64,000 bases of DNA from Marsupella aquatica (Eukaryota; Plantae; Marchantiophyta): NCBI GenBank assembly GCA_973895155.1, contig OZ316897.1, positions 3,876,211 through 3,940,210 of the forward strand, given 5' to 3'. The notes under the pieces were generated by a model. The model searched no databases. It saw only the letters and a program-made list of their open reading frames with translations, and was not told where the DNA came from. Each line of letters begins with the position of its first letter. Position 1 is the stretch's first letter. The position numbers were made by a program, and so were the translations under genes. Shown here piece by piece: positions 29,449 to 43,295 of this stretch.

Positions 29449-31847
29449 TCTTTTTCCGTACGCAATTTAAGCAGTATTTTTTCACAAGCAATTTCAGCAT
29501 ACTTTGGATTCTCCAGGGCCTGTTTTTCCACCTTTGTCTCTGTTGCTTGTTGATTGATCATCATCATTGTTGATCCACATTCCTTGTTGGAGGGTTTGGG
29601 GGACCCGGTTTGCTCTTAGCCGCAACATCCCATCATTGGTTGGCACCCCAATAGAAGCGGGAACAGAAGCTCCCAGTTTCCTCCCCACCACAGCACCCGG
29701 CTGTAGGTGGACCTGTACATGTGCGATGGCTGGTCTCTGACATTTCAGCTTGCTGCCCCTGGAGGTGCAGTTTCTCGACTTGCCAGAGTGGGCTTCCTCC
29801 ATTATCTTCCTTTTCTTTTCAATGTCTTCATTGGGCCTTTTGTCGCTTCGCCCTTGGCCATGTTCTCTTTGAGAATGTTGGCACGGGTCAAATGCCCTGC
29901 CCCACCACTCACTTGTCCCCCTTCCTCCCAATCATCCTTCCCCCCCCCCCCCCCCCTCCCCCTTCCCCCTATGTGGTAGCCTTTGTGTTTGCTCTTCTTC
30001 ACTAAATCTCTCTCATCTTTAGGATGCCCCCATATATGCCCGATGCTCTGCTTGTCCCTTCTTCCTCCCCGTCTTCCTCCCATGCCTTGTCTTCAATTCC
30101 CCAGTGTATTGCCCACCCCATCATAGTCCTGGCCCAGAGTCCCCTCCTCTTCCCATCCCATACTCTCTCCAACCCTCCACCCCTCCACCCCTCCAACATC
30201 CTCCTCAGGCCTCCCCCTGGGCCCTCACTACAAGTAAAATCAATGGACCACCTGTAATCGTGACTGTAACTATCCCTTTTACCCCTTGCTATTTAAATTT
30301 CTCATTTTTCTATATTTAATAAGTTGACTTTTTACCAGTAATAATTATAATCAGTTCAAACTGAATAAGAACTAGTCTAACACACATACTTCACGTATTC
30401 ACCAAGACTAAGGGCCCATGGAGGCCTCCTCCTCCACGTTCGGTCCACCCCCACATACCTCCCTTCTAATCTTTCCCTGGTCCCTCCCATGAAGAGCACC
30501 CCCCTTGCACACTTGTCTTTATTGTGGTTGTGTTGGCATCTCTCTCCCCCCATCCCTCACTCATCATCGTGGGCGGGGCCGGTGCTCACATTGCCAGCAA
30601 GCACATCCCAGCCCCGTCTCAACCCTGTTAGATTTGCCCCTCCTTTCTTGGAGGCCTCCAAGTAGACACGGAATTGGTTTTTCTCTCTCAACCCCCTTAC
30701 GGCCTACCATCCTGGGTACATTAGGGCTTGCCTTTACACCCACATGCATTGTGCTCATTGGTTTGGTCCGCCTTATTGGCAAATCATGCAACTTATCTTG
30801 GCACATCCTATTGAGGTGTCCTATTGGTCTTCACTCATGCTTTTTCAACAATGGACTCTTACCTTCCCTAGTCATGGTGGTCGCATGGGTCACCATGAGA
30901 CTGCCTCTTGTATTCACCATTTATTGTGGAAGATTGGGAGTAGCTTCAGGAAGAGTACGTTCTTTGAGTCGAGCTTTACCACAGGTGCTTTGTCTGACCC
31001 AGCTCGCCACTCTAATATTCCAGAGCATAGATGTCATGCTTGTTGTTGAGCCCAGGTCCAAGAATATTGTCGTGCCATCCAGGTCCTTTCTCCCAGTCCT
31101 AACTACGGTTACATGTAACCATACACTAAAAGTACATACCTAACATAGACCTCTTTTGAAGGTTCTTTTGTACTTTGTTTGGCCCTTATTGTACAAATTT
31201 TGTTTTCTGTAGTCTTTGGACCAAAGATCTTTGGAAGGGAAGTTCAATAAATGCAATCTTGGTGGTTTAAAGTTCTAGACAAAACAAACACTTCACATTA
31301 GTATTTACTTGGGTCCACTACTTGCCATTAGTAGACACCATACCTGAATGGGGCACTGATTTCTTTTACAAGGAACTCCAGAATTTTATTATTAGAGGCA
31401 ATGTAAAGAAGATAATGGGCCTTCACATCATGTAAAGTCACCCTAACTCTATGTAACAAGGGATGTAAGATTGAGTGTTGGAGATTCCAAAAAGTCTAAA
31501 CTTTGGTCAATAGTAGGTAGCTTAAAGGCTGAAAATCACACCAAATAATTTACCATCAAACATATATCATGTTGTCATGCAATAAAATAATTGTGTATTA
31601 TATAAAAGTAAGATTTAACTGCAAGATGCTTTGTGGTTGTCCTGTGCTGTTTGCTTCCACCCCTCTGCAGGTTTTTCGCAGTTTATTATTAAAGAATAAA
31701 TTTCCAAGTAACATTTAAGTGCAAGAGTGTATACAACAAATCTTGTCAAGTCTTGGAGGTATAACCAACTGGCTTTGGTCAGTTGGCTAGAGGATGAGCC
31801 TAGAGCCGAGAGGTCCCAGGTTCAATCTTCCCTCCACACACAAGGGG

Positions 31848-32058
31848 TGTGTGTGTGTGTGTGGTGTAGGGATGGGAGTATAATATTGATTATCTCCTCA
31901 GCCCTTGGTTGCCCCCTTTGGGATTCTGGTTTAATTTTCTCTTCCTCTTCCTCTTGTGTGTGTGTGTGTGTGTGTGGTGTAGGGATGGGAGTATTGATTA
32001 TCTCCTCAGCCCTTGGTTGCCCCTTTGGGATTCTGGTTTAATCTTCTCTTCCTCTTGG
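31848..32058. repeat. ~121-bp tandem duplication with (TG)n microsatellite
   Basis: (tg)n-ggtgtagggatgggagta...gggattctggtttaat..tctcttcctctt twice. Confidence 0.8.
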
Positions 32059-35000
32059 TCTGGGTCTCTTTCGGATCTTGAGTATTGTTACCTTGTGGCT
32101 ACCCTACATAAAAATGCATGCTCTAGAACAGGACATCTATCCTATGTTGGATGGGCCTGTTTTTTATTTTCGAGGCAAAAAAATAATTCTTGAAGGTATG
32201 GTGTAATAGTACTTCAATTTATTCTGTCAACTATGAGCCGTCGATTCTGGGAATACACGGCTTTAATAAACTCATCTTCATATTTATTCAAAGGATATAT
32301 TCACAAGAGTATTATTTCCCATTTTAATAATCGTAAGGTTCATGGAATCTCACGCCTTCATCCTTGGATAGTTTTCCATGCATGCAGATACCATATCTAC
32401 GATCCGATAGATCTTGGCCAGATATCAGAGTTAATGAATACGGCGGAAGCATAGTTATCATGACTGTCCTTTCACTCTCTGGCAGCATCTAATCAAGCAC
32501 TGTCATAATAATTACTTTATTTTGCTAGTCTCAAGATTGACAAAAAGCGTTTGCTAGATTAATATTTTAATTGGGAGTATTTTAATTAAAATGTTTAGTG
32601 GAGGCCGCTGGGTCACTGACGGCGCAAAGTCCACTTACTTTTTAATTCATTTCTTTCCATTCCAAAATTGCAGAGCTACAGTAGTTAAGAAAGAACAGGT
32701 CAGGGTAGCCTTTTTTAAATGCACCAGAGGGGAAAAAGAAAGAAAGAAAAAAGGGCATCAGAATTTATAAATCAGAGGAAAACAAAGTACAATGAAAGGA
32801 AAGAGGGGTGTTTTTTCGATTAAGGGCCCGAGGTTAGGAACAGAGTAATTTTTAAGTTTTCCTTTTTTTGCTGGCTGACTAATGTCGCTTTGTATGCAAG
32901 ATTGCATACAACAAATCTGTTTTTTTTTCTAGATTAAACTCTCACTGTTAGGTCTCCCAATATTTAAAGACAACCAGAAGATTCTTTTTTTGGTCTTGAA
33001 AGGAAATGACGAAGAGCACTCCCAATAGACTGTCCCTGCCTCAATAGTGACATAAATGTCTTGTAGGGAACCCATTTAAGGGTGAGCCCCCATGTAACTC
33101 ACACCAGGAGGGAGAGAATTCCAGCCAAAAGCAGAGAAAACTTTTAAGAGAGGTAGAATCTACAGTAGCTAATTTTGGTCTCTGAAGAAACGCTGACAAT
33201 GTGGCAGTCACACAACTGACCGGGAAACTTTGTTTTCTTGTTTTCTACCCTTTATGCGTCTCCTTCCTTGGGGGTAGTGCCCCCAGGTTTGGCCTTTTTA
33301 GGTCTTGACAGTGTGAAATATATATTTTGGGAAAAAGAAAACACCTATTTGTTTTAGGTGAGCAGGGTAACCCAAGGAAACCATGCCTGTGTAGAAGTAA
33401 AAGTGTCTCGCTAGGATCATGGGCACAAAGTCTTGCACCAAGTGTGGATGCTGTGAAGGGGTAGGGAGGGATCGAATGATTAGCCTAAAACCAAGAGATC
33501 CGTTCAACCCCCCCTCCACATGCAAGGGTTGTGGAGGGTGCATGGTGGGGGTGTAGTGGTGAGAGTCCTGGTATCTCTTCAATTCCTGACTGGCCTGCTT
33601 TGGGGGCTCTGGTTTAAACCTAACTCTTGCTTGGTGTGAGAATGACCCCTCATGCATTACCTTACAGAGATGCATGCTCCAGAGTTGATAGTTTGTCCTC
33701 TGTTGGATGGGTCAGGTTTTGGTTTCAAGGCCAATAAAATAAGTTGGTGCTCAACTCAACTATGTTTGCGTCACCGTGGCAAGCTTAGATGCCTTTGTCA
33801 CCCACCAAAACGAACCATTGATTGTGAAGACATCTTTTTGAACTGCATGTGACCTATCCTGGAAAAAGCACGGGGATGGCAGGAACCGGCCCAAGCTGAA
33901 ACAACTCCAAGGCTCTGGAACAGAATGCTCAGAGCAACTTAAGAATTTGGCCCAATCCTTTTCTGATAAATCCTTCACTGTTTCACTGCACACAAGTCGA
34001 ATGATTCCTCAAATCCCTCAAATCAATTTGTCAAATGTCTAAAACTGTGCTTTTGTTTGCAGGCCTACAATTAAGACAGATACAAGGGCCTAAAATTGCA
34101 TCCAAAACAAATTTTATGCAAGTTTGTGATACTCCAAAATGAGATATCTAAGTTTAGCTTTCAATCCAATTTTTGTGTGTTGTGAGAATACAGAAAAGTG
34201 TCAACTGTCATTGAAAAGAAATTTTCCAGAGCTTCCAACTATAGAACAGTGCAAGAGTTTACTCTATAGACTGCAATACAAGTCATATTTCAGTCATGAT
34301 CAGTCTGAACAATATTACACAGGAAATTTTACACCTTGGCCTGTACCATTCGGGAATCTTTGCCTAGGGATGGTATGTTTTTTTCTCAATGGCAAGAGGG
34401 AGGGAAATTATAGCAAATTTGTGAAAGAAAATATTATTAAGAGCTACAAATGACAGTGAAGGACCAGAAACTTTCCAGGGGCAAGGGGGGAAAATGTATA
34501 AAACTTCAAACATCAATTATACATTAGCTTTGGGGTAAATGGCACAGGAAGGTCCCCAAGAGGAATACAGACCCTATAATGAATAGTGAATGCTGAGCTC
34601 TCTCCAGTGCTACTAACACCTGTTTGAAGGATTTAGCACAGAACCCATTCACATGCGCCGCATGCAAGAGCAAAACTGTCTGGGCCAGATATTATTGTGT
34701 ATTGTGCGGTTTGCAAATTCTTCAATTTTAATATCTACTGAGTAAACGATTTTATAGGCCTTCCCTACTCATGGAATCAAAGCTTCAATCCTCCCTTTCT
34801 GAACTCTCCCCGGCCCCCTTCCCCAGCCTGTTTCTTTGTCCTGCTGAGATGGCGATTATTCACGTGGTCCAGAGTTTCTGAACGGAAACCATAAAATAAA
34901 AAACGAAACCAAAGCTGCAAAAAGAGACCAACAGCAAAAAAACAGAACAAAAGTCATTTTGGAAGTTACGGGGTGTAAGTTTTTCTGGCCCTGACAAACC

Positions 35001-36115
35001 TTCAAGGATCCCCAATTGAAAAGGAGTAAAGAACTCCTCTAGCGCTTTTTCTCAAATTAGAGAGTGAGAACAAAGTCCTCCTTACTTTTTTTCATGTTGA
35101 GTCAACAGATCTTTCGATCGCTACCATATACACATGCTAAAATCAGGGTGGTTTTGTAAGATGTGGGGGCACTTTTTTACACGAAAGCAAACTACAGGGC
35201 CACTTTTTGTTCTAAAGATAGGCTCCTGACCAAAAATCTCCTGAAATAAAGTTCAATGAATGCAAATCCATTCGAGTGATAGAAGGAACCAAGTTCTGGA
35301 AATGTTTGGGCCACCTTTGGAGATGGTCTAAAATTGTAGACAAAAGAAGCACTCCACACGAGCATGTACTTGGGCAGTGACTTGGGCCACCTACTTGCCA
35401 TGTAGGATAGGTACATACCATACCTAAATGCCCCCCTAAAGTTACCCAAGAAAGAATTCAAACCACATTCATGACTAGAGACTCCTCAATGATAAGTTTC
35501 CCCTGAAGGAATTTAATTCACCCAAAAAGGCTACAACTGTAATGATAGTAAATGAAAGCCAAACTTAACAATCTTCTAGGATCTACCGCTAATTCCACAT
35601 GACTACTCCTAACTAGCCTGACTGCCTGAGTTTCAGGTGCGCGGTTGTCTTCCCCACCTACTGCCTCATCCCAAAGCCGCCACACACAATCATGATCTCG
35701 AGGCTTCACTCTAAACCTAAGCTCCAGAGTGTCGCTTTCAATTGCAAAATATTAGTTAAATTATTAAGTTAGACCAGAAGTGATTTCAAATGCACCTCAA
35801 CAGCTTGCAAATGAAATGATAGAAAATTGCAGCCAAAGTAACAAATGGCAGATAAGACTACAATAACGAGTTTAAATAGGAACAGTCACATGATGAGGCA
35901 AAACTATTGCCTGTTGAGTAAGGTATTCCACATTTTTGCAGTAAGTTGACATATTAGAATATGGCAACATGGGTTTTGTGTCTGCTTACATGGATTTCAG
36001 ACCCGGCAACAAATACTCAAGCTATATGAAGATTATTGTTGTTTGGTGACCTGCTATTTGGTGATCAATGTTGGTTAGAGTCTTCCCTTACTTGCTACTG
36101 TGGATCTCCAGCCCT

Positions 36116-36139
36116 TATATATATATATATATATATATA
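36116..36139. repeat. (TA)n microsatellite
   Basis: Run of tatatata... directly visible. Confidence 0.95.
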
Positions 36140-36652
36140 AGAGACAAGTCGCCAAATGCCTCTGCGTTGCACGAAAGAGGTCGAGGTGATAAAAAGGGTA
36201 TTGAGACAATAAAAGATGTCAAGTTGATTGCACGGAAGCTTTTAGGCAGGATTGCTTTTATAACATTTGATTATATATACCAATCAAACATATATATTAA
36301 AACCATTGTCTGTGCGCTGCATAGTTGGCATTACAACCATTTTATTATTGCGACTATTTCATTGTTGCAATCAATTATCATTGTGACCATTTCATTGTTG
36401 TGTCCATTTTATGTTTGGGCCATTGTTTCCTTGGTCAATATGGTTATTGCAAAAAAGAATTTAGGATTGAGTGTTAATGTCAGTTGGAAGAAATACTTCA
36501 TAGAGAGAATAGAAAAAATAAGAAATTTAGTTCTCCCCTCAATAGCCTTTTTCCACTTTTGTATAAATAATGTCTTTTCAACTCAAAACTCTAATTATGG
36601 GTCCAGTTAGAGACTCTTGCAAGTTTTTAAATAACAATCTTGAAAATTACAC

Positions 36653-36936
36653 CTCAGGGGTTTCATTTCCACAAAAATGGCACAATCAAGTGCGATGAAG
36701 GATAGGGTTGTTTTAGTGGTTTGAAATGAAGACTTAAGAATTTTTGCAGAAGAACAATAGGGTCTTTTAAATTCAATTTTAAGATTTATAAGAACATTAG
36801 GGTCTTTCTAACCAAATTTTTGGAATATTCCAACTTTATAGGGGTTGAAAAATTAAAAAATCTTACATTTTAGGGGGTCCGAGGCCTAAAAATGTCGCAA
36901 GGGATGGGGAGGCATCCATATAGTGAGACCCCCAAG
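36653..36936. mobile_element. MITE copy 1 (imperfect TIR ctcaggggtttca / tgagacccccaag; 8-bp TSD aattacac/aattacat)
   Basis: Homologous over its length to 56897-57192. Imperfect terminal inverted repeats, flanked by an 8-bp direct repeat with one mismatch. Confidence 0.8.
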
Positions 36937-38098
36937 AATTACATGTCACCAGGCAATTCATGTTTGTTGAATTTTATTTATCAATGGTGTAGACCGTGCA
37001 ATGTGGGTTGTCACTCATGTGATGGTTGAGAACACACGTGTGACTAGCCTGAAGAATATCAATCGTTTCTATGCACAAATGATACATGTTTTCTGGTGCC
37101 AAATTCTAACAAAAACTTGGATAGTACATAATACAATAAATGTGACAAAAAAAAAATTAGAATCGAACCATTGATAGTGTTCGATCAATGGTCAGCATTG
37201 TGTAACGTGGTTTAGTCCGTAATCAATGGACAGGTTAGCATGGTGTAATAAGGCTAAGTGCATAATAAGTTCCCTTGTACAAAAAAAATGTAATGAGTGG
37301 GATTTATGTCACTTGCCACGTGCAAAGTGATAATTATTGTTTGTGATGGTAAAATTAGGTTGTGTCCAAATACGTGTCAATGAACTTGGCTATGTTACAC
37401 CGCCATATTTGGATAGATTCTTTGTCTATTGATGAGTCTATTATCGTACCTTTATCTTTGTATTTATGAGACATGCATAACACCTTCAAGTAGCCTATTG
37501 TGAAGGTGCGTGACAACATTAAATATGGGCCAAGCGTAATGTTTACTAATGCTTTTTGTTGGGTCTTTAAACAACCCACCACGTACACACAATTATAATG
37601 TGCTGCCATATATGGATAGATTAGTTGGATTTTTTGTCTAAATAGATTTCCTATTATGTAGGTAGATAAGATGTGTTAGGTGTTTGAACGGGTATCCAAG
37701 GTGTTCATAGGTAAGATGTGTGCGGTCTTCAAACGGTATCCAAGGTGTTCGAACGGGTATCCAAGGTATATATGCTCTCACAGTTCAAGTGGACTGGCTG
37801 AGTATAAGTTGGCCACTTCAGTCTATGTTTCAATTGATGCATTTGACAAAGTAAGTGTCTAACTTCTATGCACAATTGACTATGTTTGATTCTATGTTAA
37901 GTTCTGGACTACTTTACTTTTGGGGCCACTTGATCATTTTTGTCTCTGATTGATATGTGTTATTTTACATGTCACAATGTAGATATTTATCTATCGTGTT
38001 TAGTGCAAGATCTTGAGCTGTTGACGGGCTGCAATCAACACTCCTGAGTATTGTATCTTTGCGACAGATTTTTGAGAGGTAAATATTCTCTATGAGCT

Positions 38099-41020
38099 AT
38101 GTCTTTACGTTCATTAAACTTGCGTAGGGAAATTGTTCGACAACAAACATTTAATCTGCACAGGAATTCAAACAGACCGTCTGCAAGGCATTGGCCAAAT
38201 GTTGATATCTTATGTAGGGAATGGAAAGGCCTATGTCAGAAAACCATTCGGAACATGAAAGTCTGTGGTAATTGTGGATTTGTATCTTATGGAAATAACT
38301 TAGAACTGAAATTGTTTGAAATTGTGCGTGTAGTAGTACAGGAGTAGCTCCGTATGCATATTGTAATGCATTTCTAATACCTTGCATATGTGTTGATAGC
38401 ATGCATTAAAATATATGTATGGCTTGTGTAAAAGATAAAGATAGAGGAAGTCTACTATCTTTCATGTCACCTTCGTATATTCGGTGTATTCTGCAAGCAA
38501 AACCACTGTATCGACAACTCTTATCTTTAATAGATTGTAGATTGGGGATAATCAACAAGTTTAATGGGTTTCATTCAGGTTTTGTACGCAACAAGAGCTA
38601 ACTATATAGTCTGCTTATTTGTTGAAATCTGGATACATTATAGTGTTAGTAATAATATTGGTATGATTATGAATCAGGTTTACAAGGTGTTTGCAACTAA
38701 CTTGCTTGCTAACAAACTATTTAAAAGATATTTATGTTTGCTTGAAACACCAAATTCTTCACTTGGAGTTTCTATTCTAACACCTGATGCAGTGCAGAAT
38801 ATCTTAGAAAAGCAGAAAGAAAAGGGATTGCAACTTATTCTATGACAATCAATCCATATGATCCAGATAATTATTCAAATACTTCACGATGTGTCACACT
38901 CAATACCTGTATCTAGAAAGCGTAAGTATCATCTTTTTGAGTCTGGAAACCTGCACTGTAAGAATGCTTTATTACTAAGAGAGCCAATGTTGACTAACGG
39001 GGCCGGTGTGTCTGAAGAGCAGGATTGTGAGCAGGATGTGTCCATTTTTATTCCCTCATCAACATGGTCATTACTGCGGTGGTATAACATTTTCTGAGTA
39101 TATTAAGAGAAGAACTCTTGCATGCACACATTCCACTTTGGTGTACTTTAGATGATGTAGATAGGGTCAATAGTGAAATTTGTGCATACATTCCAGCTCA
39201 TTTTGATGATAGTTCTGGTAAGTTTACCGAACAGTTTGATAACCCAATGACTAAATTATTGTATGGATATGTCACTTCAAAGCAACTGCATCGTTGCAAG
39301 GAAGGAGTGTGTATTCATACTGATAGCGATACCGGTTTATGAGATTGTAAAATGGGTTTTCCGCATGAACCGCACATGGAGAAGAGTCCTTCTATTGACC
39401 CTCAAAGTGGAAAATGGCAATATCTTTGTCAAGGAGTGGAAAACAGAAATGTTGTAAGTTCCATATCATCTTGTCATTTTATCATTGTGGGGTGCCCATA
39501 TGAACCTCCAAAGAGTGACAAATGAAACATGGTCGTTCTACCTACTTAAATATGCTATCAAATGTGAACCGATGGGTTCATTGAATATTAATCTTGAAAA
39601 TGCTAAGTCTTTACTATAGATGCATTGAGCAATACCCAATTAAAGTTGGTTTCCAATGATGTTCTGTCAAGACCTATTTCCTCTACGGAAGCAGCACTAG
39701 TTACGTGTCTACAAATTTCTACTATACGTACATAGATCATCGTCGGTCACTCTTGTGGATACGTACTTCTCTATATCAAAAAGCTTTCATTGGTAGTTTG
39801 TCTTGACCCTACCCAGGTATATGCTCTGAGACCTTTGAGGTTAGGAAACTTGTCATTCTATGAGTATTTTTGGAATTATGATGTGTTGCCTGTAAAAAGT
39901 AGAGAAACTGATTTTGTGGATGTAGACTTTCAAGGGAACTATGTGTTCACTACTACTAAGTTGGTAAGCTTTTCAGACTTTCACCCTGTGTAAGTACCAT
40001 TGTAATCAGTTTTTTTATAATGTTCTTCAAGATAGACCTTGCTTAGACATATACATTTTTGGTCTGAAGTTGAGTTATTGCTTAGGAAAGATTCTGATTG
40101 GACATATCTCCATGAATGTGTGTATCGGAAATTAATTAGTTGTGATAAGGATATAGAAAACCTGATATGTGATTACGCAAACAAACACCTATACTCTTCT
40201 TTGTACAAAGCAGAGATGATTGTAAAAATTAAGAGTAGTATTTCACCCACATTGTGGGATGAATCATTTGCGGGTCCTTATGTAGCTTCAAAAAGATGTT
40301 TAAGACAGTCTGAAGTTCAGACAACTACCATTAGACCACAACCCTTGTCTTTAAGTAATTTTACTCTGACTTATGATCAGTCAGAAGTGTTCTTGAAACT
40401 GAAATCTCAACAGAGTGGTCTACATATGATTACAAGTTCTCTGGGAACTGGTAAAACCTTTTTTATGGGTTTTATGAAGAGCTATTGGAAAGAATGTGCT
40501 TTTAACGTCCACTACAGTAGTAGTTGCAATTAGACTAGATGCTTTTGCAATCATGACTATCCATCATGCATTCAAAATACCAATTAGAGGAGCTTTATTA
40601 CCGTTGCATAGAAGTAATAGTATTTTTGATTCTTTGGCTTCTTCTCATGTTATGGTTATCGATGAATGTAGCATGCTTACACCAAAAATCATGAAAAGCA
40701 TAGCTTCATGATTGCATGGAGTTCTTCAAGGTAATGATCGCGGAAATGATCCATTTACAGTGAATCTAATTGTTTTGGTAGGAGATATGTGTCAATTGCC
40801 TCCTGTGCGTAATCATGAAACTGAGTATATATGTACTCAGTGTCATTTATCTTCATATTCATTATACAAAAATATGCAGCGGTATCACTTGACATGTTAT
40901 TTGTCAAGCATTTGACCCTCAATACAATTCTTAGCTTTTTTAAACTCTATTTGTCTTACTAATTATCCTAGTCAATTACATGCAATAGACGACTGCCTGC
41001 AACAATGTTTTGTCTCTGAA
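38099..41020 (+). pseudogene. Helitron Rep-helicase, 5' part (HUH Rep + Pif1 helicase motifs I-III), many stops and frameshifts
   Basis: HUH motif LHAHIPLW (~39118). WGAHMNLQRV...YLLKYAIK (~39490-39560, catalytic Tyr motif). Walker A SLGTGKTF (~40440), VIDECSML and VLVGDMCQLPPV. Confidence 0.85.
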
Positions 41021-41285
41021 ACACGATTTCGGACCGACCGAGAAGTGTGTCGGAGTTCTCGTTTAGCCCGATCCCGTTTTTTTTCTAAGGCAATGCAATG
41101 ACCGATAAAATTGGAAAAAACTCTCCAAAACGCCACTTTCCTCCATTGCATCGCCGCGGGAATGCAAGGACCGATACGTGCATCGGGTTTTACATTCCGT
41201 CAGTGAAAAAGTCCGAACTGCGAGTAACTTGGTCCGAACCGCGTAATCCAGGAACGACCACGCACTAACCCAGGTAAAGGGGAAA

Positions 41286-41340
41286 CTTAACCATGGTTAA
41301 GGGGAAATTAACCATGGTTTAGAGCGTCTCCTATATAAAG
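41286..41340 (+). promoter_or_regulatory. Left-end promoter-like region: 16-bp perfect palindrome cttaaccatggttaag, a second partial copy, then a TATA box
   Basis: Palindrome at 41286-41301, partial repeat at 41308-41321, ctatataaag at 41331-41340. Confidence 0.45.
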
Positions 41341-41930
41341 AGGAGCGGGCTGCCCATAAAATGTTTGCTTTTGCCAGAGCAAATATCTCCTGACTGAGAG
41401 CGAATACCAAACTCCCATCAAGTCTTACATTCCTCCCAAGCGATTCGACTCTTTCTACCAAAAACCCGATAAATTTATCGGAATAGCCATTCCTGTTCAA
41501 GTTCTCCATGTAAGACTAACTAGTCATTTAGTGTAAAATGTCCAGATCCGAGCGGACTGCGATAAATTTATCGCATTTTGCATTCCTCTGTTGCAATCAT
41601 TTGATCCAGTGTAGAGAGGTGTTGCCTTCATTCCGATAAATTTATTGGAGTCTTCATTCCTTTCATGGAAAGAGGAGTAATTGAGAATCCGATAAATTTA
41701 TCGGAGTTGTCATTTTTGTGAAAGATTGAATTCAGGGGTTAGGTGTCTGAGGAAGTCATATTTTCAATTCGAATGCGGAGTGTGATAAACTTATCGCATC
41801 CTCCTGTGAGAATCATTTTCCTTTGTTTTGTTTGGAGACTCATCTTCATCTCTGATGTCGCAGTGTTGCCGGGTTTAGGAGGCACAACGGAAGGTCGATT
41901 GCAATCCGTGGACAACAGGTATTGTGACAA

Positions 41931-42260
41931 ATGGTTGTCTTCCTTGAAAATCGTGTCAAACGTGCACGCCGGTTGTACAAGAGACTCGTGCGACTCAAAG
42001 TTCTCCCCATCGGTATAGGAGCATTGTGGATGGGTGGTACTGATCCTGGAGATAGGCAAAATCCTCTCCGCATTGAATTCTGCGGAATGAATGATGTAGG
42101 AGTTCCAATTCATTCGAGGTTGATGTTAACGGCGTGTTTACATTCTTTGGAGTTTTCTTGTAACTATTGTTGTCGTCGTCTTGACAACAAGTACCACAAA
42201 CAGGCTCACTTCTGTTGTAAGATTTGGAACGAAGACCCTTGGGTGAACCTTTCACGATGA
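41931..42260 (+). CDS. Orphan Cys/His-rich cargo ORF of the transposon
   Basis: 109 aa with CNYCC...H...HFCC. It follows a tgtcgcag acceptor-like site at 41863. No family recognised. Confidence 0.35.
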   Translation: MVVFLENRVKRARRLYKRLVRLKVLPIGIGALWMGGTDPGDRQNPLRIEFCGMNDVGVPIHSRLMLTACLHSLEFSCNYCCRRLDNKYHKQAHFCCKIWNEDPWVNLSR

Positions 42261-42454
42261 GTGTTTCGACCTTTTCATTGAGGCGCGTCTTGGAAGGACA
42301 TATTTAAATAAACAAGTCCTACCCTTGCGCAGTGAATATAATACGTCACGAGTCCTAATCGTTAAACTGTCGTGCAGGGTTGGTACTGTGGATGTGTTCG
42401 GTTACACCTAGTGATTGAAGGTATTTTTATTGGTGGTTTTGGTAGCTCTGCTTC

Positions 42455-43003
42455 ATGGCTGCATCGGAGAATCTAATCGTTGCAAAGATGGGATCCGTTT
42501 TAGCCCACGAGCGTAGGAAATATATTCGAGGAAAAGTGCCCGGTGTGGAATGCGGAAGTTTGTTGAATGGACTTCCCGATGAACTCGTTGAATCTCACAT
42601 TTGGCCCCTCCTAGCCTTATCTTGCACACAAGATGAACACCTTGGCCTTGACCTAAAACTTCTACCAGAAGAACGACTGACTCGAATGAGAACAATCATT
42701 TGTCTTGGAGCCACCTCGAAGAAATGGAACCATCTTGTTGTTGGTACACGATTTTGGGCGCTATTGAAATATGCAGTCCGTGAGATCAATGACATAAACA
42801 AAATGCTCGCAAGCATTCCTAATGCCGACCTTCTCTCAAACCTACATATTGCTAGGGTCTTCCGAGAGGAAACTCATTTCCTCCCTCCCATAGATATGCT
42901 TGGGTGCTTTTCGTATGAGCAGTTAGATCAGTTTCATAGAGTTTGGATAAATCTTGGAGAAAGCGGGAAGCGGACAATTCTTGCATGGCATGGACGAGTC
43001 TGA
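42455..43003 (+). CDS. F-box-like cargo protein
   Basis: Intact 182-aa ORF with LLNGLPDELVESHIWPLL and a later LGATSKKWNHLV...FW, typical of an F-box motif with an insertion. Confidence 0.6.
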   Translation: MAASENLIVAKMGSVLAHERRKYIRGKVPGVECGSLLNGLPDELVESHIWPLLALSCTQDEHLGLDLKLLPEERLTRMRTIICLGATSKKWNHLVVGTRFWALLKYAVREINDINKMLASIPNADLLSNLHIARVFREETHFLPPIDMLGCFSYEQLDQFHRVWINLGESGKRTILAWHGRV

Positions 43004-43295
43004 GTGGATGAGGCATTGCTGCGAACATCCGATAAATTTATCGCACTCCTCATTCCTCTAGTCGATTTTGGGTGCTTGTAAAGAAACACTTTGAATATAA
43101 TTGACTCTGCCTCCCCTGACTTCGGGTTGTGTGGTCCAGAGTGTATTTTTTTGCGCCTCTTCGGATGATTAGCTGACAAGTGCATTGGCTTCACAGCCCG
43201 TTATACAAGGTACTGTAAAGTTGGATGAAACTTGTAGAATTGTAATTAGTATGTTCTCCAAAATTTATTCCTGATTTCTATTCGGTGATCAGGCC

